A stretch of 64,000 nt of DNA from Halarcobacter sp. (GTDB taxonomy: Bacteria; Campylobacterota; Campylobacteria; Campylobacterales; Arcobacteraceae). The notes below the pieces were generated by a model, which worked only from the letters and a program-made list of their open reading frames with translations, was not told the DNA's origin and ran no database searches. The position numbers and the translations under genes were made by a program. This document shows positions 1 through 9,918 of this stretch, piece by piece. The DNA lies in assembly GCA_048571215.1 (NCBI GenBank), contig CP182352.1, positions 1,184,001-1,248,000 of the forward strand. The letters are read 5' to 3'. Position 1 is the first letter of the stretch. Every line of letters starts with the position of its first letter.

Positions 1-653
1 GTTTCAACTGTACCAAACATCATTGTAGCTGTTGTTTTCATCCCAATAGAGTGAGCTAATCTATGAATCTCAATCCATTCATCTGCATCCATTTTTTTAG
101 GAGCTATGATATCTCTAACCCTATCACTTAAAATCTCTGCACCAGCACCAGGAATTGAACTTAATCCCTTAGCTTGCAATCTTTTTAATACTTCTAGTTT
201 TGAGATTTTTGATACCTTTGCAATATAAGATATCTCAATTGCAGAAAAAGAGTGTAGGGTGATTTGAGGAAATTTTGTATGGATATGTTCAACTAAATCC
301 TCATAATACTCAATTTTTAGTTTTGGATGAACTCCACCTTGCATTAAAATTTGTGTACCACCAATAGCTAATAACTCTTCTATTTTTTCATCTATCTCAT
401 CATAAGATAAAACATAAGAATCTTCATCTCTTCCATGTCTATAAAAGGCACAAAACTTACAATCAACCCAACAAACATTTGTATAGTTAATATTTCTATC
501 AACTACAAAACTTGTTATCTTTTCTGGGTGTAGTTTAGCTTTTACTTTTGAAGCTAATGCTCCTAACTCTATTAATGAGGCATTTTCTATTAAATCTAAA
601 GCCTCTTGGTTTGTTAATCTTTTATCTATTATAGTTTCCATTTTTTTTACCAT
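1..653 (-). CDS. mqnC: Cyclic dehypoxanthinyl futalosine synthase (radical SAM), 5' part, runs off window start; start at 653 or in-frame ATG at 641
   Basis: Manual translation: VVDRNINYTNVCWVDCKFCAF (CxxxCxxC), QILMQGGVHP, SIPGAGAEIL, TTATMMFGTVE. Confidence 0.88.
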   Translation of the reverse strand, partial: MVKKMETIIDKRLTNQEALDLIENASLIELGALASKVKAKLHPEKITSFVVDRNINYTNVCWVDCKFCAFYRHGRDEDSYVLSYDEIDEKIEELLAIGGTQILMQGGVHPKLKIEYYEDLVEHIHTKFPQITLHSFSAIEISYIAKVSKISKLEVLKRLQAKGLSSIPGAGAEILSDRVRDIIAPKKMDADEWIEIHRLAHSIGMKTTATMMFGTVE

Positions 654-654
654 C

Positions 655-2922
655 TTAAAAACTCGATCCTAAAGAGAACTCAAAGGTTGAAGTCTCATCA
701 GTTGCTTCATCATCTAATGGTTGAGCAAAAATTAGTTGTAATGGACCAAAAGGTGAAATCCACTCAAAAAGTGCACCTGTACTTGATCTTTGAATATCAC
801 TAATATTATCTTCACCTATCATACCATAATCATAAAAAATACCCCATCTCATTTTTGCTGACTCTGATAGTGGGAAACTCATCTCAACTGAAGTTGCTGC
901 CATAGCTTTGTATGGGTCACCTTTTATACCTGTTGTATAATTTGGAAATGAATAAGACTTAAACCCTCTTAATGATTTAACACCACCTAAATATAGTGAA
1001 TCCCCTTGGTTGATTTGCCCATTGTCTACCATAAATTTTGCTTGTAGTTTATATCTTAAAATCCAATCTAAATCGTATAAATCATTTAATGAGTAGAAAT
1101 ATTTAAAATATGAACTACTTTTTAGATATTTTGAATCTCCACCAAGTCCTGCATACTCTAAAGAGGAACCAGCTTTAAAACCACTTCTTGGGTTATAAAA
1201 GTCATCTGTATTATCAAAGTTTATATATGGGGTTATAGAACTTGTTATATATTCTTGATTTGTAAAACGACTAGCTGGTGCAATATAATTAGCATTACCA
1301 ACAGTTGTATATGAACTATCATAAGTATAATCTTCTTTAATTGAATCTAATCTATATCTTGCTCCAACTTTTACATTTCTAAATAGCTCTCTACCAAAAC
1401 CAAGAGAGAACCCTTTGGTAGATTTGTCTAAATCATAAGCTGTGTTGTTAATCTCAACATCATCACTATGGATATCTATATCTCCATGATATTTACTATC
1501 ACGAATTGCTGGGTTTATTAATTTGATTGATAAATCGGTTGTAGTTTTTGATAAATCAGCTGATATTCCAAGGGTTAGTCCTGAACCAAAGATATTTTTA
1601 TCATTTATTGATGCATTTACCATAACTCCATCATAAGAACCATATCCACCACCTAGAATAATATTTCCAGTTGGTGCTTCTTTTACATTTACAATTAAGT
1701 CCATTTTATCTGAAGTGATTCTTTTTTGTTCTATTGTTACATCTTCAAAATAACCAGTTCTTTTCAATCTTGAAATAGAATCATTAAAATCTGTTAAACT
1801 AAATAAATCACCAGGTGCTAAATAAACATTTCTTCTAATAACTCTATCTAAAGTTCTTGAGTTTCCAGTGATTTTTACATCTTCTACATATACTTTGTCC
1901 CCAGGGATTACATTGAAAATAACATCTGTTGTTCCATTTTTTTCATCTTTTTTAAGATCATAATTAACTTTTGTAAAAGCATAACCTAAATCTGAAATGG
2001 TTGTTTTTATAAATTCAATATCTTTTCTTAGTTTTTTTATATTAAAAGTTCTACCTTTAACTAGGGCAAGTTCAGGATAAAGATCTTTTGCATCAATAAT
2101 ATCTGAGTTAACATAGATTGTAATATTATTTGTATTATATTGAATTCCTTCATTGATATAAAAATCTAAGTCTGCTTGATCTGAAGCAAAATCAACTTCT
2201 ACAAAAGGGTCTTTTATTTGAGCATCTAAATATCCATGTTCCCAATACAGTTCTTGTATTCTTTTACCATCATATTTTAGTTGATCTGCATTTAATTTTC
2301 CATCATTTTGAGTGATAAACCAAGAGGCGAACTCCTCTTCTTTGTTTACTGTTACTTGCTCAAAATCACTAGCATCAAGATTTTTTGCACCAAAATAATT
2401 AGCTTTTTTGATGATGATTTCATCACCTTTATTTACGTGAAAAATTACAGATACTGCATTTTCATTAAGTTTTTCAACTTCAACTTCAATTACAGAGTTT
2501 ATATAACCCTCTTTTTCTAACTCTTTTAATAGGGTTTCTTTTGCTTCATTTACTCTTTTTTCAGAGTACATAACCCCTTTTTCTAGACGGATATACTTCT
2601 TAGTAATGTCTATATCTCTATCTCTACTTTTAAAACCAATAATCTCAACATTCGCTATTGAAGGTTTCTCTTTAAATATAAATTTTAAAGTTCCATTATC
2701 TATAGTTGCTTGAATATCTTCAAAATAATTAAATTTAAAAAACTTTTTTATTGCCTTGTTTACTTTGTCAACACTAACTTCATCGCCAACTTTCATTCCA
2801 ACAGTGTCGTTTGCAATAGTGTCTGAAATCTTGGTTAGGTTTTCATATTCGATTGAAGTAATTTGCTCTGCTTGTAGTAGTGAAGCTAATGCTAATGATA
2901 ATAAGATACTATTCTTTTTCAC
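655..2922 (-). CDS. bamA: Outer membrane protein assembly factor BamA
   Basis: Signal peptide, POTRA repeats (ITGNSRTLDRVIRR), LRGF motif, SPFGPL, terminal Phe. Confidence 0.95.
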   Translation of the reverse strand: MKKNSILLSLALASLLQAEQITSIEYENLTKISDTIANDTVGMKVGDEVSVDKVNKAIKKFFKFNYFEDIQATIDNGTLKFIFKEKPSIANVEIIGFKSRDRDIDITKKYIRLEKGVMYSEKRVNEAKETLLKELEKEGYINSVIEVEVEKLNENAVSVIFHVNKGDEIIIKKANYFGAKNLDASDFEQVTVNKEEEFASWFITQNDGKLNADQLKYDGKRIQELYWEHGYLDAQIKDPFVEVDFASDQADLDFYINEGIQYNTNNITIYVNSDIIDAKDLYPELALVKGRTFNIKKLRKDIEFIKTTISDLGYAFTKVNYDLKKDEKNGTTDVIFNVIPGDKVYVEDVKITGNSRTLDRVIRRNVYLAPGDLFSLTDFNDSISRLKRTGYFEDVTIEQKRITSDKMDLIVNVKEAPTGNIILGGGYGSYDGVMVNASINDKNIFGSGLTLGISADLSKTTTDLSIKLINPAIRDSKYHGDIDIHSDDVEINNTAYDLDKSTKGFSLGFGRELFRNVKVGARYRLDSIKEDYTYDSSYTTVGNANYIAPASRFTNQEYITSSITPYINFDNTDDFYNPRSGFKAGSSLEYAGLGGDSKYLKSSSYFKYFYSLNDLYDLDWILRYKLQAKFMVDNGQINQGDSLYLGGVKSLRGFKSYSFPNYTTGIKGDPYKAMAATSVEMSFPLSESAKMRWGIFYDYGMIGEDNISDIQRSSTGALFEWISPFGPLQLIFAQPLDDEATDETSTFEFSLGSSF

Positions 2923-3032
2923 AGCTATCCTTAATATGTTTATAATTGAAAAGAAATAATATATCTAAATAAACTTTATAGGATGGTTAAGATATAATCA
3001 CCTTTTTAAACAAAATTGTAAAGGTTATAAAA

Positions 3033-3863
3033 TTGAATATAGGTATTATTGGATTAGGTCTAATGGGAGGTTCATTAGCAAAAGCATTGAAAAAATATTT
3101 TATTGCAAAAAAAATCTATGGTTATGCAAGAAGTGAAAAATCAAAAAAAGAGATTGAAGAGTTAAGTTTAGTTGATGAATTAGTTGATATTGAAACTTTA
3201 AAAAAAGAGTGTGATTTAATCATACTAGCAATCCCTGTTGATAATATTATCTCTTTTCTTCCTGAGTTAGAAGATATTAATAAAAATACTACAATAATGG
3301 ATTTAGGTTCAACTAAAGAGTTTATTATTGAAAATATTCCGTCATCTATAAGAAAAAACTTTATTGCTGCACACCCTATGACAGGAACTGAAAAATCAGG
3401 ACCCAAAGCAGCTATTGATGACTTATATGAAGGAAAAACTGTTGTACTTTGTAATCTAGAAGACAATGACAATCTTCACGTAAATAGGGCATTTAGACTT
3501 TTTCAAGAAATAGGAATGAGAATTGTAGTTATGGATGCAAATGAACATGATGTCCATGCTTGTTATATGTCTCATCTTCCCCATGCAATATCTTTTTCAT
3601 TGGCTAATACAGTTATGGACTGTGAAGATCCAAAATCTATTATCGCATTAGCTGCTGGTGGATTTAAAGATATGAGTAGAGTTGCAAAATCAAGTCCTGA
3701 TATGTGGATAGATATTTTTAAGCAAAATAAAAAGAATCTTTTAGAATCAATGGAAAAATTTGAAAACCATATGCAAGTAGTAAGAATTATGATTGAAAAT
3801 GAAAGATATGAAGATTTAAAAAAATGGATGAAAAAAGCTAATTCTTTGCATGAGATACTTTAA
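3033..3863 (+). CDS. tyrA: Prephenate dehydrogenase
   Basis: GLGLMGGS, DLGSTK, HPMTGTEKSG, SHLPH. Confidence 0.93.
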   Translation: MNIGIIGLGLMGGSLAKALKKYFIAKKIYGYARSEKSKKEIEELSLVDELVDIETLKKECDLIILAIPVDNIISFLPELEDINKNTTIMDLGSTKEFIIENIPSSIRKNFIAAHPMTGTEKSGPKAAIDDLYEGKTVVLCNLEDNDNLHVNRAFRLFQEIGMRIVVMDANEHDVHACYMSHLPHAISFSLANTVMDCEDPKSIIALAAGGFKDMSRVAKSSPDMWIDIFKQNKKNLLESMEKFENHMQVVRIMIENERYEDLKKWMKKANSLHEIL

Positions 3864-3864
3864 T

Positions 3865-5010
3865 TTAAAGTATCTTAGCACTATTTATTGCTTCTTGTAG
3901 TTTTATTGCTTGATAATGTTCTTTTACATCATGACATCTAATAATTGAAGCACCATTTTCTATAGACTTTAGGTGAATTGCTAGAGTTCCGGGAAGTCTT
4001 TGTTCTATTGGAGTATTTACAAGCATATCTATCATAGATTTTCTACTTGCTCCAATAAGTAGTTCATAACCAAAATGTTCAAAATGTTTTAGGTTTTTAA
4101 GTAAGCTAAGGTTATGGTCTAAGTTTTTTCCAAAACCAATACCTACATCTAAGATTATCTTTTCTATTCCAAAACTTTTTGCCTTATCTATTTGTTTAGA
4201 AAAAAACTCATCTATCTCTAATATTACATTTTCATAAAATGGATCTTTTTGCATAGTTTGAGGATCTTTTTGCATATGCATTATTACAACTTGGGCTTGA
4301 TATTTTGCAGCAAGTTTACACACTTCATCATTTTGTAAACCTGTAATATCATTTATAATAGAAAAACCTCTATCTAAAGCATATTCTAAAACTAAAGATT
4401 CATAAGAATCGAGTGAAAACTCAACTTTTTCGTAAAGATTCTCTTCTTTGATTAAATCAAGTATGGGTTTTAATCTATTTAATTCCTCTTTAGGTTCAAC
4501 TTTTTCACTTCCTGGGCGTGATGACACACCACCAATATCTATAATAGAAGCACCATCTTCTATCATCTCTTCTATTTTTTTTATGGCATCACTACCTTTG
4601 AATCTACTATTCTTGAAAAATGAATCATCATTTGCATTTATAATACCCATGATTTTAGTAGGATGCTTTTTTGTAGATATGAAAGTTTTTAGTTTTAAAG
4701 CTAAAGTTTTTAGTCCAAAAGGTTGAGCTAACTCTTTTCTAGATAGGGTTTCTAAGTGTTTTGATGTAGCTATTAAAATTGCATCAACATATTTGTCTTT
4801 TGCAATAATAACTCCACTTGGAACTGCCAAATCAGCTCCTATTGATAGGGCATCTTGTTTTAAGATATTTGCAGCACCCACATGTAAATTTTTTATATAA
4901 ATAGTATGTAGTGAAGATTTTTTACTTAAGATTGAGACGCCACTTTTGTCACAGCCTAATTGTTGATAGATTTTTTTTGCATCTATATCTGAGATTTTAT
5001 ATATTTGCAT
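3865..5010 (-). CDS. folP: Dihydropteroate synthase with ~115-aa N-terminal extension
   Basis: IMGIINANDDSF, DIGGVSSRPG, DVGIGFGK, GASRKS, IRCHDV. Confidence 0.93.
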   Translation of the reverse strand: MQIYKISDIDAKKIYQQLGCDKSGVSILSKKSSLHTIYIKNLHVGAANILKQDALSIGADLAVPSGVIIAKDKYVDAILIATSKHLETLSRKELAQPFGLKTLALKLKTFISTKKHPTKIMGIINANDDSFFKNSRFKGSDAIKKIEEMIEDGASIIDIGGVSSRPGSEKVEPKEELNRLKPILDLIKEENLYEKVEFSLDSYESLVLEYALDRGFSIINDITGLQNDEVCKLAAKYQAQVVIMHMQKDPQTMQKDPFYENVILEIDEFFSKQIDKAKSFGIEKIILDVGIGFGKNLDHNLSLLKNLKHFEHFGYELLIGASRKSMIDMLVNTPIEQRLPGTLAIHLKSIENGASIIRCHDVKEHYQAIKLQEAINSAKIL

Positions 5011-5011
5011 C

Positions 5012-5644
5012 TTATGCTTTATTTTTCCTATTTAGAAGTGTTAATAAAAATGTTGTAAGAACATTTATAGGTCTAGAGTTTAACTCTAAGAGTTTTATTG
5101 ACTTAGAAAATATCTCAAGTTCATTTTGTGTAAGTCTAATTTTTTGTGAGCTTAATTTATATAATGATGATTCAATAAACTCTTTTGCATCAATTTTATT
5201 AATTCTTTGATTCTCTTTTAAAAAATTATACATATCTTTTAAATCTAAATTAGCAATATCCAGTTCAAGCTCTTTTCTAAGTATTTTATCTTTTACATAA
5301 AGATGTGGCATTCTTGAAAAAATAGTTGGAAGTATTGAGGATTTTGAATTGGTGATGATGATAAAAACTATATTTTTTGGTGGTTCTTCTAAAACCTTTA
5401 GTAAAGAGTTTTGAGCCTCATTTCTAAATGTTTTTCCACACAAAAATATATATTTTGTTTCATTTGATGAGATATAAGCTTCTTTTATCGCTTGTGTAGC
5501 TTGTGCTAATAAGAAATCATCTTTGTCACTGTTTCTAATAACTCTTATCTCATGTTTATTATAAAATGAAAGTAGTTTATTTAAAGTTTCATCTATACTA
5601 GAAACAATCAATATTGTAGAGTTATCTATTTTTTTATTTATCAT
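5012..5644 (-). CDS. holB: DNA polymerase III delta-prime subunit
   Basis: EAQNSLLKVLEEPP, ILPTIFSR; lysC-hobA-holB-folP order. Confidence 0.88.
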   Translation of the reverse strand: MINKKIDNSTILIVSSIDETLNKLLSFYNKHEIRVIRNSDKDDFLLAQATQAIKEAYISSNETKYIFLCGKTFRNEAQNSLLKVLEEPPKNIVFIIITNSKSSILPTIFSRMPHLYVKDKILRKELELDIANLDLKDMYNFLKENQRINKIDAKEFIESSLYKLSSQKIRLTQNELEIFSKSIKLLELNSRPINVLTTFLLTLLNRKNKA

Positions 5645-6195
5645 TAGTTTTCAACATTTATTTCTGCAAAAAGCGCAGCACTTAAAGTTTTATTATATAG
5701 TCTAAACATTTGAAGAAGTTTCATATCCAAGGCTTCATCATTGCTTTTTAGATTAAAAGCATCTTGTATTTCTTCACCAAATATCCATAAAAAAGAGTTT
5801 TTAGATACTTTTGGTAGGATTGCTTTGGTATCTTGACTTTTCCCAATATACCAAAAACAATATCCATTTGGAAAAGAGATATTCAACATATCTCTTATAA
5901 ACCCAATATCTTCTTCTGATTTTAAATCTTCAAGGTTTTTATAAAACGATTTAAAATCATAAAAAGGTAAAAAAGGTCTATTTAGTTTTTGAGCATTTAT
6001 ATTTGTTAATATATATTGTAAAAACCAATCCCTATCATTATCTGTTATTATTAAGACAGAACAACCTTTTTCTAAGATATTTATAATAGATTTAGAAGCT
6101 AAGGGAACCCATTCAAACTTTTTCTCCTCTAGCCAAGGAGAAATAAGTCTATCATTTCTTACTGTATCAACAGTCCAGTTTAAAAACTCTTGCAC
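5644..6195 (-). CDS. hobA: DnaA-binding replication regulator HobA
   Basis: MQEFLNWT...WLEEKKFEWVPL, KLLQMFRL; Campylobacterota synteny. Confidence 0.88.
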   Translation of the reverse strand: MQEFLNWTVDTVRNDRLISPWLEEKKFEWVPLASKSIINILEKGCSVLIITDNDRDWFLQYILTNINAQKLNRPFLPFYDFKSFYKNLEDLKSEEDIGFIRDMLNISFPNGYCFWYIGKSQDTKAILPKVSKNSFLWIFGEEIQDAFNLKSNDEALDMKLLQMFRLYNKTLSAALFAEINVEN

Positions 6196-6197
6196 TT

Positions 6198-7406
6198 CTA
6201 TTTATCCAAATCATATGCATCATGAAGTGCTCTTACTGCAAGTTCTGCATATTTTTCTTCTATAATCATAGATATTTTAATTTCACTTGTTGAGATGATT
6301 CTTATATTTATATTTTCTTTTGCAAGTGCAGTGAAAGCTTTTGAAGCTACACCTGTATGAGATTTCATACCAACACCTACAATTGATACTTTACAAATAG
6401 GTTCATTATAATCAATGTTCTCAGCTTCATCTTTAAATAGTTCCATAACTTTTTTGCAATTTTCCCAATCACTTGTTGGAATAGTAAAATCTAAATCTGT
6501 TTTACCATCAACTCCAACTGTTTGTACTATCATATCTACATTTATAGTTGCATCTGCAAGGGCAGTAAAAATAGATGAAGCAATGCCTGGTCTATCTGTA
6601 ACCCCATACATTCCAACTCTTACTTGATTTTTATCTAAAGCAATACCACTTACAACTGGTTGTTCCATTATATTCTCTTCCTTTGTTATTAATGTACCTT
6701 CAACTTCTGGGGTGAAGCTACTTCTTGATACTAAATTTACATTTAACTTTTTTGCCATCTCTACTGATCTGTTTTGTAAAACCTTTGCTCCTAAAGAAGC
6801 TAATTCTAACATCTCATCATAAGAGATTTTTTCTAATTTTTTAGCCTTGCTTACAATTCTAGGGTCTGTGGTATAAATACCATCAACATCAGTATAGATT
6901 TCACATAAATCTGCTTTTATTGCACCAGCAATTGCTACAGCTGTTAAGTCTGAACCACCTCTACCTAAGGTTGAAACTCTTCCATCTTCTGCCAAACCTT
7001 GAAAACCAGCAACAATTATAATATTCCCATCATTTAAAGCATTTTTCATATTTGTAGTATCTATTGATTCTATTCTTGCTTTTGTATGGGCATTATCTGT
7101 TAAGATTCCTGCTTGTCTTCCACTCATTGAAGTTGCTTTATAACCTTGGGCATTTAAAGCAATAGATAAAAGTGCAGAAGTAACTCTTTCACCTGAACTT
7201 AACAACATATCTAATTCATTTGAAGCAGGAGTTTTTGTATAATGCTCTGCATATTCAATTAGTTTATTTGTTTCACCACTCATAGCAGAAACAACTGCTA
7301 TTACATCATCACCATTATCTTTTATTTTTTTTATAATATCTGCAACATTTTGGATTCTTTCAAGTGTTCCTACACTTGTCCCACCAAATTTTAAAACTTT
7401 TAACAT
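6198..7406 (-). CDS. lysC: Aspartate kinase
   Basis: KFGGTSVG, TLGRGGSD, TDVDGIYTTDPR, two ACT domains. Confidence 0.96.
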   Translation of the reverse strand: MLKVLKFGGTSVGTLERIQNVADIIKKIKDNGDDVIAVVSAMSGETNKLIEYAEHYTKTPASNELDMLLSSGERVTSALLSIALNAQGYKATSMSGRQAGILTDNAHTKARIESIDTTNMKNALNDGNIIIVAGFQGLAEDGRVSTLGRGGSDLTAVAIAGAIKADLCEIYTDVDGIYTTDPRIVSKAKKLEKISYDEMLELASLGAKVLQNRSVEMAKKLNVNLVSRSSFTPEVEGTLITKEENIMEQPVVSGIALDKNQVRVGMYGVTDRPGIASSIFTALADATINVDMIVQTVGVDGKTDLDFTIPTSDWENCKKVMELFKDEAENIDYNEPICKVSIVGVGMKSHTGVASKAFTALAKENINIRIISTSEIKISMIIEEKYAELAVRALHDAYDLDK

Positions 7407-7426
7407 TTAGCTTTTAACCTTTTATA

Positions 7427-7915
7427 TTAAATATATCCCTCTTTTTTAAAATACTTTAAAACTTGTTTATAAACTGTTCTTTTAAAGAATGTTATAAAGT
7501 CATAAATATTTTTTGTTGGCACAAATTTATATTCACTGAATTCTGGTATTTCAGTGTTTATATTTATTTTTGCACCTTTTTTTAATTTTACCAAATAGTA
7601 TTTTTGTATCTGCCCATCAAATGGATACATCTTTTTTGCAATTGCAGGAGGGAAATCATAACTAACCCATTGAGGGTATTCGGCAATAATTTCAATCTCA
7701 CGTGTTCCAATCTCTTCTTCTAGTTCTCTAAAAAGAGCTTCTTTTGCACTTTCACCTTCGTCTATTCCACCTTGGGGAAACTGCCAAGCATTTTCAACGT
7801 CAGTTCTTGACGCAATAAAGATTTCACATTTTTCAGGGTATTTAGCTGATAGTACAATTGCTGCTACATTTGGTCTATAGTTTTTTTTCTCTTTTAATTC
7901 TTCTTTATCAGTCAT
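7427..7915 (-). CDS. rppH: RNA pyrophosphohydrolase
   Basis: YRPNVAAI, WQFPQGGIDEGE...RELEEEIG Nudix box. Confidence 0.93.
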   Translation of the reverse strand: MTDKEELKEKKNYRPNVAAIVLSAKYPEKCEIFIASRTDVENAWQFPQGGIDEGESAKEALFRELEEEIGTREIEIIAEYPQWVSYDFPPAIAKKMYPFDGQIQKYYLVKLKKGAKININTEIPEFSEYKFVPTKNIYDFITFFKRTVYKQVLKYFKKEGYI

Positions 7916-7970
7916 AAATAATAATTCCCTTATAATTAGCCTGATATTATAACTTAGGTAGGATTAAAAA

Positions 7971-9032
7971 TTGCTTTTATATATACATATTCCATTTTGT
8001 GACAGTAAGTGTCACTATTGCGCCTTCAACTCCTATACAGATAGGTTTTACTTAAAAAAAGAGTATATGAAAGCACTAAAAAAACAGTTAATATTTGATA
8101 TAAATAACCATTTAGATGGTCAAATAATTGAAACAGTATTCATAGGTGGTGGTACACCAAGTACAATCAAAGCTTTTGAGTACGAAGATATATTTAAAAT
8201 AATAAAACCACATCTCAAAGATGATGCTGAAATTACAATAGAGTGCAACCCAAACTCAGCTACTAAACAATGGCTTGAAGATTTGTATAAACTGGGTGTA
8301 AATAGGGTTAGTTTTGGTGTACAAAGTTTTAATGATGAAAAGTTGAAATTTTTAAATAGAGCACACAATAGTGAAATGGCACAAGAAGCTATTAAAAATG
8401 CAGCTTGTATAGGTTTTAATGGTATTAATTGCGATATAATTTATGGTGTCAAGGGGGATAGCTTTGAATCTTTGAAAAAAGATTTTGATACGGTTTTTTC
8501 TCTTCCTGTAACACACTTAAGTGCTTATTCACTTACCATAGAAGAGGGTACAAAATTTTTCAATAAATCAAGTGTAAAAATAGATGATGAAGAGCTTTCT
8601 TATAGGATTTTTGACTACTTATCTAGTCATGGGTTTAATCAATATGAGATATCAAATTTTACAAAAATAACAAAACAACAATCTAAACATAACTTTGGAT
8701 ATTGGCAACATAAAAACTATTTGGGAGTTGGTGCAGGTGCTGTTGGTTTTGTAGAAAACAAAAGATATTATCCTTTTAAAAGTTTAGAAGAGTACATTGC
8801 AAATCCAACTTTTTATGAATATGAAGAGTTAACAAAGGAAGATTTAAAAGTTGAAAAGGTACTTTTAGGTCTTAGGTGTATTAATGGTTTTAATAAAAAT
8901 TTATTAAACAGTGATGAGTTAAAAAGAGCGCAAGAGTTAGTTGATGATAAGAAAATATATTTAGAAAATGATTTTTATATAAATAAAAACTTTTTATTGG
9001 CTGATGAAATTGCACTATATATATTAGAATAA
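7971..9032 (+). CDS. hemW: Radical SAM heme chaperone HemW
   Basis: YIHIPFCDSKCHYC, GGGTPS, YEISNF, HNFGYW. Confidence 0.88.
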   Translation: MLLYIHIPFCDSKCHYCAFNSYTDRFYLKKEYMKALKKQLIFDINNHLDGQIIETVFIGGGTPSTIKAFEYEDIFKIIKPHLKDDAEITIECNPNSATKQWLEDLYKLGVNRVSFGVQSFNDEKLKFLNRAHNSEMAQEAIKNAACIGFNGINCDIIYGVKGDSFESLKKDFDTVFSLPVTHLSAYSLTIEEGTKFFNKSSVKIDDEELSYRIFDYLSSHGFNQYEISNFTKITKQQSKHNFGYWQHKNYLGVGAGAVGFVENKRYYPFKSLEEYIANPTFYEYEELTKEDLKVEKVLLGLRCINGFNKNLLNSDELKRAQELVDDKKIYLENDFYINKNFLLADEIALYILE

Positions 9033-9078
9033 TTCAAAATTAACTATAATACACACTTTTAAAAAGGTTAAGAGAATA

Positions 9079-9906
9079 ATGACGATAAAACAAACAGTAA
9101 AAAAGTATGCAAATAGATTAAAAGATATCACTCATATCCCATCAAAAGAGATTGAGATATTGATTATGCATCTTTTAGATAAAAATGTGATTTGGTTACA
9201 TTTAAATCATAATATTGAATTTACAAAAGAAAAAGAGTTAGAAAAGCTTGTAAATTTAAGGGAAAAAAACTACCCTTTAGAGTATTTGACAAATAAGGTT
9301 TCATTTTATGGAGAGCAGTTTTATATAAATGAGGGAGTTTTAATCCCAAGACCAGAAACTGAAATTCTAATTGAAAAAGTATTAGAGGTACAAAAGAATG
9401 ATAATTGTATATATAATGTGTTGGAAATTGGAACAGGTTCTGGAATAATCTCTGTAATGTTAGCACTTTTAATAGAAGATATTAAAATAATAGCAGTTGA
9501 TATAAATGAAAAAGCATTACAATTAGCACAACAAAATGCAAAAAAGCATGGGGTAGAGGATAAAATAGAGTTTAGATTGAGTAATCTATTTGAAAATGTT
9601 CTTGAAGATAGCTTTGATTTAGTTGTATCAAACCCACCATATATTGCAAATAGTTATAAACTTCCAGCTAATGTGAAACATGAACCTAGCAATGCTTTAT
9701 TTGGTGGAGAGATTGGTGATGAACTTTTAAAGAAGATTATTACACAGTGTTCAAAAAAAGATATCTCATATTTGATGTGTGAGATGGGTTATGATCAGAA
9801 AAAACCTTTAGAAGAGTATTTTAAATCTTTTGATTTAGAGTACTTAGATTTCTATAAAGATTATGAAAACTTCGACAGAGGTTTTGTAACAAAATTTAAA
9901 AATTAA
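9079..9906 (+). CDS. prmC: Release factor glutamine methyltransferase
   Basis: VLIPRPETE, EIGTGSG, SNPPY. Confidence 0.93.
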   Translation: MTIKQTVKKYANRLKDITHIPSKEIEILIMHLLDKNVIWLHLNHNIEFTKEKELEKLVNLREKNYPLEYLTNKVSFYGEQFYINEGVLIPRPETEILIEKVLEVQKNDNCIYNVLEIGTGSGIISVMLALLIEDIKIIAVDINEKALQLAQQNAKKHGVEDKIEFRLSNLFENVLEDSFDLVVSNPPYIANSYKLPANVKHEPSNALFGGEIGDELLKKIITQCSKKDISYLMCEMGYDQKKPLEEYFKSFDLEYLDFYKDYENFDRGFVTKFKN

Positions 9907-9918
9907 GGAGTTATACAA

